Positions 48,879 to 58,285 of a stretch of DNA of 64,000 nt are shown piece after piece. Location: contig OZ220744.1 in assembly GCA_965116925.1 (NCBI GenBank), positions 1,920,001 through 1,984,000 on the forward strand, given 5' to 3'. The position numbers and the translations under genes were made by a program. Source of the DNA: Candidatus Poribacteria bacterium. GTDB lineage: Bacteria > Poribacteria > WGA-4E > PCPOR2b. Numbering within the stretch: the first letter of the stretch is position 1; each line of letters begins with the position of its first letter. Below the pieces are notes generated by a model that did no database searches, was not told where the DNA came from, and saw only the letters and a list, made by a program, of their open reading frames with translations.

Positions 48879-50054
48879 CTAATCTTTCGAGAGCGCGCTG
48901 CGCTTAACCGCTCCGAGAGTTGTAAACCGCTTCTGGTGAGGCTCGACAGAACGGAGTTCGTATTGTGGATTCCATCTTGGGTGGGTATCGTTGCCGCCGG
49001 GATTATTACTCAGATTTTTGAGACCGGCACCATCGGCGTCCATCAAATACACCTCTCGTTTCCCGTCTCGTTTGGACTCAAACAAGATTCTGCGGCCTTT
49101 GGGTGACCAGACAACTGCACTATCGCCCTTTGCATGGCTACTGAGGTTGACCTTATTATTGCCATCGGGATCCATTCGATAAATTTCCCAGTTTCCATCC
49201 CGCTGGGTTTCGAAGGCGATAATGTTAGTTGATGACCATTGCGCCCGTCTGTCGGTTTTTTCGTGGTTGGTCAATCTTGTCAGATTATTTCCATCAATAT
49301 CCACAACATAGATTTCATAATTACCATCTCGCTTCGACTGAAACACGATCTGCATACCATCAGGAGAGAAACGTGCCCATTCATCCGGTGCAACATGGTT
49401 GGTGAGATTGACCTGATTTTTACCAGCACCTCTGCCTTCGGCATCAGCAATAAAGATATCAAATTGGGATTTGTCATCAATCAAATCACGGTTGCTCTCA
49501 AACACAATTTTTGTGCCGTCGGGGGACCAGGAGCCTCCCTGATCCTTGTTAACGCCTTCCCCTTCTGCATTTGTGATATTAACCAAGTTTCCAGGTTTGA
49601 TTCCTTGATCTAAGGTTAAAAAGCCCACATCCCAACTTGCGCCTTGCGGCAATGTTTGAGCATACACCATGATGCGTGGATCGCCTTGCGGTGCAAATAC
49701 GGGTTCATTCAATTTCACACCTAGCTCTTTTCCCGTCAAGTCCTTATCTTTTGGATCTGTCGGGTCTGTCATATCTACGTAACGCAAATCGAAGTTTTCG
49801 CCACCTCGAATATTTGCGGCGTAGACGATGTACTTACCATCGGGCGACCAGTCGGGGGTTAGCGTTTTCACCTTATGATTTGTGACTTGCTTAATCTCAC
49901 CGTTGTCATATACTACATGCACCTCATCTTCACCAGAGCGGTCAGAGAGAAAAGATGCTAAAGGCACCTGTGCCCGTGTGGTGTTGACGCTCAAGGAGAC
50001 AAGAAGAACCACTAGAATGCCTCCCCATAATATTATAGAGTTTTTGCCAAACAT
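48879..50054 (-). CDS. Secreted TolB-like (PD40 repeat) beta-propeller, no FlgD-like domain
   Basis: Close paralog of the previous gene, ends SVEPHQKRFTTLGAVKRSALSKD. Confidence 0.9.
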   Translation of the reverse strand: MFGKNSIILWGGILVVLLVSLSVNTTRAQVPLASFLSDRSGEDEVHVVYDNGEIKQVTNHKVKTLTPDWSPDGKYIVYAANIRGGENFDLRYVDMTDPTDPKDKDLTGKELGVKLNEPVFAPQGDPRIMVYAQTLPQGASWDVGFLTLDQGIKPGNLVNITNAEGEGVNKDQGGSWSPDGTKIVFESNRDLIDDKSQFDIFIADAEGRGAGKNQVNLTNHVAPDEWARFSPDGMQIVFQSKRDGNYEIYVVDIDGNNLTRLTNHEKTDRRAQWSSTNIIAFETQRDGNWEIYRMDPDGNNKVNLSSHAKGDSAVVWSPKGRRILFESKRDGKREVYLMDADGAGLKNLSNNPGGNDTHPRWNPQYELRSVEPHQKRFTTLGAVKRSALSKD

Positions 50055-50094
50055 TGTTTTCTCCTTTCGATTAGATTGGAAGTTTAGGGTCTAG

Positions 50095-50208
50095 TGGAAG
50101 AAGATTAAGGAATGGAAGATTGGAGGGAAGGGATAGGTAAACAAGTTTTATGCCCTTCCATCCTTCCAATCTTTTCCCCTTCCATCCTTCCCGTCTTTCC
50201 CCCTTCCA
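50095..50208. repeat. Inverted arrays of degenerate GGAAG-containing octamers (purine arm / pyrimidine arm)
   Basis: TGGAAGAAGATTAAGGAATGGAAGATTGGAGGGAAGGG ... CCCTTCCATCCTTCCAATCTTTTCCCCTTCCATCCTTCCC. A weaker example lies at about 25598-25653. Confidence 0.7.
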
Positions 50209-50225
50209 GAATCTCACAAGTCTTT

Positions 50226-51653
50226 TTATTTCATCACTACCATTCGTCGAGTTTCGGAAAAATCGTCAGCCAGAAGCTGATAGAAATACACGCCACTTGC
50301 CACGGACTGTCCTGCATCGTCTTTACCATCCCAATAGACAGCACGTTGTCGGCTCGTGTAAGCCCCCGCCCCTTGCCTTCCAACATTGATTGACCGGATT
50401 AACTCGCCCTTGACATTGTAGATCCGCACGGTGACAGAAGCATCTTCAGCGAGATAGTAGGGTATCCATGTTTCAGGATTGAAAGGGTTGGGGAAATTCT
50501 GCATCAAACTCGTGCGCTTGATATTTCCAAGGGTCGTAAAAAACTTCTGCTGCGGCTCAACTGCGCGGAGCTCAAACTGAGGATTCCATCTAGCATCGCT
50601 GTCATTGCCGGGATCGTTACTAAGATTCTTCAAACCAGTGCCATCTGCCAGCATCATGTATATCTCTCGCTTGCCGTCGCGTTTAGATTCAAATAAGATT
50701 CGCTTCCCTTTGGCGGACCAAATGGGTTTCTGGTCGCTTTTGGGGTCATTGGTTAAATTAACTTGATTGTTTCCATCGGGGTCAGATCGATAAATCTCAT
50801 AATTGCCATCGCGTTGGGTTTCAAAGATAATACCACCGGAGGACCACTCCGCGTTCCGGTCTGTCTTTTCATTTTCGGTGATCCGCGTCAGATTTTCCCC
50901 ATCAATGCCAACCGTATAGATTTCCCAGTTGCCGTCTCGTTTCGATTGAAACACGACCGATTTGCTATCAGGTGACCATCGTGCCCTTTGGTCCGGTGCC
51001 TCATGATCGGTGAGGTTTATCTGGTTTTTTCCGGCACCCCGTTTTTCTGCATCGGCGATAAAAATATCAAACTGGGCTCGCTCTTTAACTAGGTTGCGCT
51101 CGCTTTCAAAAACAATCTTGGTGCCGTCTGGAGACCAAGACCCTTCCAGATCCGCGTTCGCCGCTTCGCCATCTGCATTTGTAATGTTAACTAGGGCATC
51201 AAAATTGCCTCTTGCATCTAAAGTCAGGAATCCTATATCCCAGCCGTTGGCGTTTGGTAGCCCTGTCGAATAGACAAGAATCCGCGAATCGCCAGCGGGG
51301 GCCCATCGGGGTCCAGAAAGTTTTAATCCCGGCCCGTCGGGCGGACCTGTCAGATTTTTCTGTTTCGGATTTTGAGGGTCGGTGAGATCTATGACAAAGA
51401 TATCAAAGCTCTCGCCACCGCGCACATTGGCATCGAAAACGAGGTAATTGCCATCAGGCGACCATTCGGGGGTGAACACCTTGGCTTTGTTCTTTGTAAG
51501 TTGCTTAATCTCGCCGTTATCATACACCACGTGAATCTCATCGTCACCGGAGCGGTCGGAGATAAAGGATGCGATTGGCACTTGTGCGTATGCCGTACCG
51601 ATAAACAGAAGGACGAAGCTGCCCAATAGGGTGACAATATCTTTACGTGACAT
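50226..51653 (-). CDS. Secreted TolB-like beta-propeller with FlgD/T9SS-like C-terminal domain
   Basis: PD40 repeats, AVEPQQKFFTTLGNIKR then QNFPNPFNPETWIPY..YWDG..VASGVYFYQL..RRMVVMK. Confidence 0.9.
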   Translation of the reverse strand: MSRKDIVTLLGSFVLLFIGTAYAQVPIASFISDRSGDDEIHVVYDNGEIKQLTKNKAKVFTPEWSPDGNYLVFDANVRGGESFDIFVIDLTDPQNPKQKNLTGPPDGPGLKLSGPRWAPAGDSRILVYSTGLPNANGWDIGFLTLDARGNFDALVNITNADGEAANADLEGSWSPDGTKIVFESERNLVKERAQFDIFIADAEKRGAGKNQINLTDHEAPDQRARWSPDSKSVVFQSKRDGNWEIYTVGIDGENLTRITENEKTDRNAEWSSGGIIFETQRDGNYEIYRSDPDGNNQVNLTNDPKSDQKPIWSAKGKRILFESKRDGKREIYMMLADGTGLKNLSNDPGNDSDARWNPQFELRAVEPQQKFFTTLGNIKRTSLMQNFPNPFNPETWIPYYLAEDASVTVRIYNVKGELIRSINVGRQGAGAYTSRQRAVYWDGKDDAGQSVASGVYFYQLLADDFSETRRMVVMK

Positions 51654-51671
51654 TGTTAGTTCGTTGTTCTC

Positions 51672-53099
51672 CTATTTCATCACTACCATTCGTCGAGTAT
51701 CGGAAAAGTCATCAGCCAAGAGTTGATAAAAATACACGCCACTTGCCACGGATTGTCCAGTGTCGTCCTTTCCATCCCAGTAGGCCGCACGTTGTCGGCT
51801 CGTGTAAGCCCCCGCCCCTTGCCTTCCAACATCGATTGACCGGATTAACTCGCCCTTGACATTGTAGATCCGCACGGCGACAGAAGCATCATCGGCGAGA
51901 TAGTAGGGTATCCACGTTTCGGGGTTAAAGGGATTTGGGAAATTCTGCATCAAACTGGTGCGCTTGATGTGTCCGAGAGTCGTGAAGGACTTGCTTTGTG
52001 GCTCAACCGAACGAAGTTCAAATTGAGGATTCCATCTGGCATCCGTATCGTTCTCAGGATGATTCGTGAGATTCTTCACGCCCGTGCCATCGGCTAGCAT
52101 GAAGTATATCTCTCGTTTTCCGTCCCGTTTGGATTCAAATAAAATTCGCCTCCCTTTAGGCGACCAGATAGGCTTCTGATCGCTCTTTTCATGGTTGGTG
52201 AGGTTGACTTGGTTATTTCCGTCGGGATCGGACTTATAAATCTCCCAATTACCATCACGTTGGCTTTCAAAGATGATACCGCCAAGAGACCATTCCGCGT
52301 TACGATCCGTCTTTTCATTTTCAGTGATGCGCGTCAGGTTTTCCCCATCAATGCCTACGGTGTAGATTTCCCAGTTGCCGTCCCGCTTCGATTCAAAAAT
52401 GATCGATTTGCTATCAGGTGACCAACGCGCCCGTCGATCTGCCGCCTCATGATCGCTAAGATTTACCTGGTTTTTCCCGATACTTCGTTTTTCAACGTCA
52501 GCGATGAAAATATCGAACTGGGCTCGCTCCAGAATTTTCTTGCGCTCACTCTCAAAAACAATCTTGGTTCCGTCAGGCGACCAAGAGGCTTCCAGATCCT
52601 GTCCGTCCGCTTCGCCATCTACGTTTGTGATGTTAATCAGCTCATCCACTTTACCTCTTGCATCTAAAGTCAGAAGGCCTATATCCCAACCGTTGGCGTT
52701 TGGTAAACCGGCCGCATAGACAATAAGCCGCGGCTCACCGGCAGGTGCCCATTGGGGCCCAGACAATTTCAGTCCCGGTCCGTCGGGCGGACCTGTCAGG
52801 TTTATCTGTTTCGGTTTGTCAGGATCGGTGAGATCTACGATAAAGATATCAAAGTTCTCTTCGCCGCGCACATTGGCATCGAAAGCGATGAATTTGCCGT
52901 CGGGCGACCACTCGGGGGTAAACACCTTGGATCTGTTCTTTGTAAGTTGCTGAATATCGCCGTTATCATACACAAGATAAACCTCATCGTCACCAGTGCG
53001 GTCAGAGATAAAAGATGCTAAAGGCACTTGTGCCTCCGCCAAACCGATGACCATGAGGACGAAGCTTCCCAATAAGGTGACAATCCCTTTGCGTAACAT
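51672..53099 (-). CDS. Secreted TolB-like beta-propeller with FlgD/T9SS-like C-terminal domain
   Basis: As above. Start moved to ATG 53099 (AAGGAG RBS; leader matches that of the 57451 gene). Confidence 0.9.
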   Translation of the reverse strand: MLRKGIVTLLGSFVLMVIGLAEAQVPLASFISDRTGDDEVYLVYDNGDIQQLTKNRSKVFTPEWSPDGKFIAFDANVRGEENFDIFIVDLTDPDKPKQINLTGPPDGPGLKLSGPQWAPAGEPRLIVYAAGLPNANGWDIGLLTLDARGKVDELINITNVDGEADGQDLEASWSPDGTKIVFESERKKILERAQFDIFIADVEKRSIGKNQVNLSDHEAADRRARWSPDSKSIIFESKRDGNWEIYTVGIDGENLTRITENEKTDRNAEWSLGGIIFESQRDGNWEIYKSDPDGNNQVNLTNHEKSDQKPIWSPKGRRILFESKRDGKREIYFMLADGTGVKNLTNHPENDTDARWNPQFELRSVEPQSKSFTTLGHIKRTSLMQNFPNPFNPETWIPYYLADDASVAVRIYNVKGELIRSIDVGRQGAGAYTSRQRAAYWDGKDDTGQSVASGVYFYQLLADDFSDTRRMVVMK

Positions 53100-53147
53100 T
53101 GTTAGGCTCCTTTCCAAGTGATCCTACCCCATCCTTTGCGACCTCTC

Positions 53148-55802
53148 CTATTTCAAAATGAGCATCTTCCGTGTTGCCGAAAAGTCAGGGGTATGCAAAC
53201 TGTAGAAGTACACCCCAGAGGCAACCTGCTCACCCATGTTGTTACGCCCATCCCAGTACGCCGCCGTGGCGCGCGTCATATAGAACCCTTGCGGCTTGAA
53301 ACCGAGGTCCAAGGTCCGTACGATACTACCCGCTGTGTCGTAAATACGGAGCATGACATCTGCCGATGTTTCAAGCTGATATGGAATCCATGTTTCAGGG
53401 TTGAACGGGTTGGGGAAGTTCTGCAACAACTGAGTTAGCTTCGGTTGACCGATACTATCAAGCCTGATAGACAGAACCGCGTTTGCCAGGTCCTCAGGGG
53501 TCACTTTATAATTGAAGGTGTCTGATTCAACATTTCCACTCGGCCCGATGACATGGACTTCAATCACATCTCCAACTTCAACAACGCTTCGCCGTGTTAA
53601 GTCGGCGTTCGCAGCCGCGAAGTAATCCTCTCGCACCGAGGTGGTTATCACACTGTTTGTTCTTTGGTTGCGGACGATTACTTGGTAGCCGTCAAACACT
53701 GGTCTACCTTCCAGGTGCCCGCTGACAACGAACGCCCACGCTTCTTGAATCGGCTCCAAGGATATGGCAGGGGCCGCTGCAGCGCGTTCCGTTTGATTTC
53801 TCCACTCTGATCCGACGAAGGCGACTTGGCGAGTTTCTGGAACATTGACGATATAGCCCTTTCCACCCTCAATTGCAAAACCGTCGTCCGGTGCACTTGG
53901 CGTCCAGCCAACGAATTGCTGGCTTGCCGTATCCAATGTGATGACAGTTGTAGCACCTGTCAGCGCGGCAAGTGACTTGGCGGTCATCGGCGTTGGGGGT
54001 GCCAGCGGCACAGAGATCATGTTTAAGCCTTTAGCCAACGTGACGTTGAAGACATTGCCAAAATAATCGCTCACTGCCTCGGTCGTAGGTCTTGCAATAA
54101 ACCCATGTACGCGTCCATCTGCTGATTGATAGTGTCCGACTACAGAGCCGTCCTGATTAATATTGTAGCCCTCCGTGAAGACGCTATCCGGATATGTCAG
54201 TTCCTGTAGCCCGTCTCGGAAGGTGCCGACATAAGTGCGCGGGATATCTCCCACCCGTTTGGAGCGACCAACGAGAGTCCCTACATCGTTGATACCGTGC
54301 AAGAACATGTATTCCAGAGTTGCTGCGCCCGGAAGGTCGATAGATATAAACCTGCCTGCAGGGGTCCGCGCGTAGGGGTGATATATCCCTTCAGCATCTA
54401 CGTAGCTGCCTACGAGACGGCCCGCACTGACGAAATCGGCGTATGTTTCCAATGCCTCGGGTGCCTCAATGATTGTCTCTCCTGTGAATCCCCGGCGAAT
54501 GCCATCGGCAGCTATATAATTACCCGTCAGAGCCCCCGTTGCGTCACTAATGCCCCATATCTCCGTTTGGTCGGAATCTGGAAAATCCCATTCCTGCAGT
54601 TCGCCATTTTTTAGGACGACCCCGCGGTGTAGATCGTTGCTATCTTCGTAGTAGCCAGCAGCATCCCCGTTATTGCCGAGTGCATAGAAATAAGTGTTCT
54701 TTGAACCGGGGAAATCGTAGGTCTTAAAAACACCATCAATGAGCGTAAAGGCGACGAACTTATCGCCATCAGCACTTCGCGTGTAGCCCGCGTAATCCTC
54801 ATAGTCGCTGCTCGCCGACAATGCTAGAAACTCTACACCGGGAACATCGATACTCTCAAAAGTAAAGTTGAGCGTAGTCGGTTTAACAGTCGGTATATCG
54901 TCGCCCGGTACAACAGGCTTGGCGACAAACCCGATTGTAAGTCCATCCGCCGATTCATAGTGCCCAACGATAGAACCGTCCTGATTAATATTCCAGCCCT
55001 CTGTGCTGACGCTGCCCGGAACCTTAAATTCCTCTAGCCCCTGCCGGAATGTGCCGACAAAGGTGCCCGGAACAGTATCCACTCGTTTGGCTCTGCCAAC
55101 GACAACCCCTGCATCGTTGATACCGTGCACAAAAAAGTATTCCAGTGTTTCTGCATTTGGAAGGTCGAGCGATACAAATCTGCCATCCGGAGTACGCACG
55201 TATGGATGAAATAGACCATCAGCATCTACGTAGCTGCCCACCATACCACCGCTCGCGTTCACAAAATGAGCGTGTGTCTCCCGTGCGCCTGGGAACTCGA
55301 TTATTTCGTCCCCTGAGAATCCGCGGAGTACGCCGGAAGCATCTATCCAATTGCCCGTCAATATTCCAGTCGCGTCACTGATACCGTATATGAACGTCTG
55401 AACGGCATCTGGAAAATCGTATTGCTGCAGTTCGCCATCTGCCATGATGACGCCATGGTACAGACCATCGGCATCTTGGTAGTGTCCGGCAGCTCGCCCA
55501 TCATTACCGAGTGCATAGAAATGGGTGTTCTGCGAGCCGGGGAAATCATAGGTCGTAAAAACGCCATCAATAAGCGTAAAGGCGACCTCTTTTTCGCCAT
55601 CAGGGCTCCGCGTGTAGCCCGCGTAATCGTCAAAGTCGCTACTCGCTGTCACCGCTAAGAACTCTACACCGGGAACACCAATACTCTCAAAAGTATAGTT
55701 GGAGCTGACTTGTGCAGCGATGTTGCTTAGGAAAAAGGTATTGAGACACAGGAACAACGTAGATACGTAAAACAGAAAACTGGTTTTAGTCTGATTGTAC
55801 AT
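53148..55802 (-). CDS. Secreted protein with an internally duplicated about 265-aa beta-repeat domain and FlgD/T9SS-like C-terminal domain
   Basis: Two copies TFESIxVPGVEFLA...EG(W/Y)NINQDGS.VGHY.SADG, then GLNMISVPL, then QNFPNPFNPETWIPY..RKMLILK. Confidence 0.88.
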   Translation of the reverse strand: MYNQTKTSFLFYVSTLFLCLNTFFLSNIAAQVSSNYTFESIGVPGVEFLAVTASSDFDDYAGYTRSPDGEKEVAFTLIDGVFTTYDFPGSQNTHFYALGNDGRAAGHYQDADGLYHGVIMADGELQQYDFPDAVQTFIYGISDATGILTGNWIDASGVLRGFSGDEIIEFPGARETHAHFVNASGGMVGSYVDADGLFHPYVRTPDGRFVSLDLPNAETLEYFFVHGINDAGVVVGRAKRVDTVPGTFVGTFRQGLEEFKVPGSVSTEGWNINQDGSIVGHYESADGLTIGFVAKPVVPGDDIPTVKPTTLNFTFESIDVPGVEFLALSASSDYEDYAGYTRSADGDKFVAFTLIDGVFKTYDFPGSKNTYFYALGNNGDAAGYYEDSNDLHRGVVLKNGELQEWDFPDSDQTEIWGISDATGALTGNYIAADGIRRGFTGETIIEAPEALETYADFVSAGRLVGSYVDAEGIYHPYARTPAGRFISIDLPGAATLEYMFLHGINDVGTLVGRSKRVGDIPRTYVGTFRDGLQELTYPDSVFTEGYNINQDGSVVGHYQSADGRVHGFIARPTTEAVSDYFGNVFNVTLAKGLNMISVPLAPPTPMTAKSLAALTGATTVITLDTASQQFVGWTPSAPDDGFAIEGGKGYIVNVPETRQVAFVGSEWRNQTERAAAAPAISLEPIQEAWAFVVSGHLEGRPVFDGYQVIVRNQRTNSVITTSVREDYFAAANADLTRRSVVEVGDVIEVHVIGPSGNVESDTFNYKVTPEDLANAVLSIRLDSIGQPKLTQLLQNFPNPFNPETWIPYQLETSADVMLRIYDTAGSIVRTLDLGFKPQGFYMTRATAAYWDGRNNMGEQVASGVYFYSLHTPDFSATRKMLILK

Positions 55803-55914
55803 AAAGAAAACCTCTCTTGTGATGGAATATGTTGGGCCCTGTTAACCCATTTTCGGAAAATCCTATAGTTTAGATATAGTGTTCATGTGGATTCACCCAC
55901 AACAAAAACTTAAA

Positions 55915-56006
55915 GGCTCATGTTAAGAAAACGTGAAGAGAATCCGAGTTTTTTCTTCAAAACTTCGGATTCTTTTTGTATCTCGCATTTTCTTTTTACA
56001 TGAGCC
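55915..56006. mobile_element. MITE H with CCGAGTTTT..AAAACTTCGG hairpin
   Basis: TIR GGCTCATGTTAAGAAAA / TTTTCTTTTTACATGAGCC, degenerate 8-bp flanks AACTTAAA / AATTTAGA. Hairpin is of the same type as 1291-1320. Confidence 0.75.
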
Positions 56007-56020
56007 AATTTAGAAATACA

Positions 56021-57451
56021 CTACTTCATCACTACCATTCGTCGGGTTTCGGAAAAATCGTCAGCCAGAAGTTGGTAAAAATAGACCCCACTTGCCACAG
56101 ATTGACCCGTATCGTCTTTACCATCCCAGTAAGCTGCGCGCTGGCGGTTTGTGTAAGCCCCTGCTGCCTGTTTTCCAACATCAATGGACCGAATTAACTC
56201 GCCCTTGACGTTATAGATCCGCACAGTTACAGTAGCGGCTTCGGCAAGATAGTAGGGTATCCACGTTTCAGGGTTGAAGGGGTTGGGGAAATTCTGCATC
56301 AAACTCGTGCGTTTGATGTCTCCAAGGGTGGTGAAGTACTTGCTCTGGGGCTCAACCGAACGAAGTTCATACTGAGGGTTCCATCGGGCATCCCTGTCAT
56401 TGCCGGGATCGTTACTGAGGTTCTTCAGACCTGCGCCATCAGCAAAAACAAGGTATATCTCTCGCTTTCCATCCCGTCTGGACTCAAATAAGATTCGCCT
56501 CCCTTTGGTGGACCAGATAGGCTTCTGATCGCTTTTGGCGTCATTGCTGAGATTGATTTGGTTGTTCCCATCGGGGTCCGACCTATAAACCTCCCAATTG
56601 CCGTCGCGTTTGCTCTGAAACGCGATGCCGCCGGGGGACCAGTTCGCTTTTCGGTCATCCTGATCATTCTCAGTGATCCGTGTCAGGTTTTGCCCATCGA
56701 TGCCTACGGTATAAATTTCCCAGTTGCCGTCTCGCTTCGATTCAAACGCCACTGCGGTACCATCTGGTGACCAGGCTGGAAACAGATCCTCTGCTTCATG
56801 GTTGGTGAGGTTTATCTGATTTTTGCCGATAGTTCGTTTTTCAGCGTCCCCAATATAAATATCCATCTGGGCTCTCTCGTTGATTTTGTTGCGTTCGCTC
56901 TGAAAAGCGATCTTGGTCCCATCAGGAGACCATCTTCCTGCCTGATCTTGACCAACGCCCTCACCGTCCGCATTTGTAATATTAACTAAAGCACCCGCTT
57001 TGCCTCTTGCATCTAGCGTGAGGAGCCCTATATCCCAGTTGTCAGCGTTTGGAAATCCTGTGGAGTAGAGAAGAATCCGCGGCTCACCGGCAGGTGACCA
57101 GCGGGGTTCCGACAATTTTGTGCCCGGCCCATCGGGCGGCCCTGTCAGGTTGCTCTGTTTCGGCTTCGCAGGGTCGGTGAGATCTACGATAAAGATATCA
57201 AAACTCTCGCCACCGCGCACATTGGCATCGAAAACAATGAATTTACCATCCGGTGACCATTCGGGGGTGAACACCTTGGCTTTGTTCTTTGTGAGTTGCT
57301 TAATCTCGCCGTCGTCATACAACAGATGAACCTCATCGTCACCAGAGCGGTCCGAGATAAAAGATGCCATAGGCACCTGCGAGTATGCCGAACCGATAAG
57401 CAAGAGGGTAAAGAGTGCCAATACGGTGAAAATAATACCTTGACGTAACAT
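56021..57451 (-). CDS. Secreted TolB-like beta-propeller with FlgD/T9SS-like C-terminal domain
   Basis: PD40 repeats, SVEPQSKYFTTLGDIKRTSLMQNFPNPFNP. Confidence 0.9.
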   Translation of the reverse strand: MLRQGIIFTVLALFTLLLIGSAYSQVPMASFISDRSGDDEVHLLYDDGEIKQLTKNKAKVFTPEWSPDGKFIVFDANVRGGESFDIFIVDLTDPAKPKQSNLTGPPDGPGTKLSEPRWSPAGEPRILLYSTGFPNADNWDIGLLTLDARGKAGALVNITNADGEGVGQDQAGRWSPDGTKIAFQSERNKINERAQMDIYIGDAEKRTIGKNQINLTNHEAEDLFPAWSPDGTAVAFESKRDGNWEIYTVGIDGQNLTRITENDQDDRKANWSPGGIAFQSKRDGNWEVYRSDPDGNNQINLSNDAKSDQKPIWSTKGRRILFESRRDGKREIYLVFADGAGLKNLSNDPGNDRDARWNPQYELRSVEPQSKYFTTLGDIKRTSLMQNFPNPFNPETWIPYYLAEAATVTVRIYNVKGELIRSIDVGKQAAGAYTNRQRAAYWDGKDDTGQSVASGVYFYQLLADDFSETRRMVVMK

Positions 57452-57517
57452 TGTTAGCTCCTTTCCAAAGATAGTAAACTCCTTTCAACAAAGATAAGAA
57501 TTTTGATGGAAAATGAT

Positions 57518-57571
57518 GGTGAAAGTGTAATGGAGAGCAACAATCAACTTGAAACTCCATTACACCTCACC
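57518..57571. other. Intergenic stem-loop inside the secreted-protein array
   Basis: GTGTAATGGAG (57525-57535) / CTCCATTACAC (57555-57565) plus outer GGTGA/TCACC. Confidence 0.5.
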
Positions 57572-57583
57572 ACACAAATGGTT

Positions 57584-58285
57584 CTACTGAGTAACCGCCG
57601 GTGTTCCGCCACTTTTTAGTATGCCCCAAGTGGTCGCAAGTTTCCCTTTGCTCTCAACAGAACGTGGATCTTTTCTGGGGAATTCGGTGGGCCAAGGATC
57701 ATCATCCGGTTGCTCATCTTGATCTTGGCTGAGCAGCAACTGGTCAAGGTTATGCGGCTGCTGTCTCGGACTTGAACGTACGATGTGGAGGCCACGTTCT
57801 TTTGCCTCCCACTCAACAACTGTCAGGGGCGGAACGCCTTGGCTGAGCCATTTGTAAATACCGGCATCGAAAACGTCACGCCAGTTGCCCAACCCACGAC
57901 CCATAAAGTCTGGATCAGCGGTGTGCTCTGTGGTGCCGATTTGGTCGTTAAACTGGAGCCAAAAGGCGTCAGTACCGGTATTTCCATCGCTTTTGCCTCT
58001 TGCCCAAATGTAATAGGTGCCTTCATCACACCAGAACTCAACTTGCCACCATGCTGTTGGGTCCGCAACCGGTGGATTCACCGCACCACCAATAAATTGG
58101 AATGCAAGGCCATTGGACGCATCGGCATCTCGTGCAAATGCAGTATTCTCTGGTGATGTCTCACCATAATCTCTGATAGTCTCTGCGCTGATAACAACCT
58201 CGGTTATTGCGGCAAAGCTGCTCGAAGCCATACCGATAACGCAAAGTGCCATAAGGGTGCAGATTAATAAACTTGGTGCTCTCAT
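57584..58285 (-). CDS. Secreted beta-sandwich (CBM-like) protein with C-terminal TTWG tag
   Basis: Signal peptide, GTYYIWARG, DAFWLQ, LDQLLLS, ends SVESKGKLATTWGILKSGGTPAVTQ. AGGAGG RBS. Confidence 0.8.
   Translation of the reverse strand: MRAPSLLICTLMALCVIGMASSSFAAITEVVISAETIRDYGETSPENTAFARDADASNGLAFQFIGGAVNPPVADPTAWWQVEFWCDEGTYYIWARGKSDGNTGTDAFWLQFNDQIGTTEHTADPDFMGRGLGNWRDVFDAGIYKWLSQGVPPLTVVEWEAKERGLHIVRSSPRQQPHNLDQLLLSQDQDEQPDDDPWPTEFPRKDPRSVESKGKLATTWGILKSGGTPAVTQ

Noticed and set aside
47695..57451. Diversity-generating retroelement or true Tol-Pal locus
   Set aside because: No reverse transcriptase and no adenine-specific TR/VR pair. No tolQ, tolR, tolA or pal and no TolB N-terminal domain.
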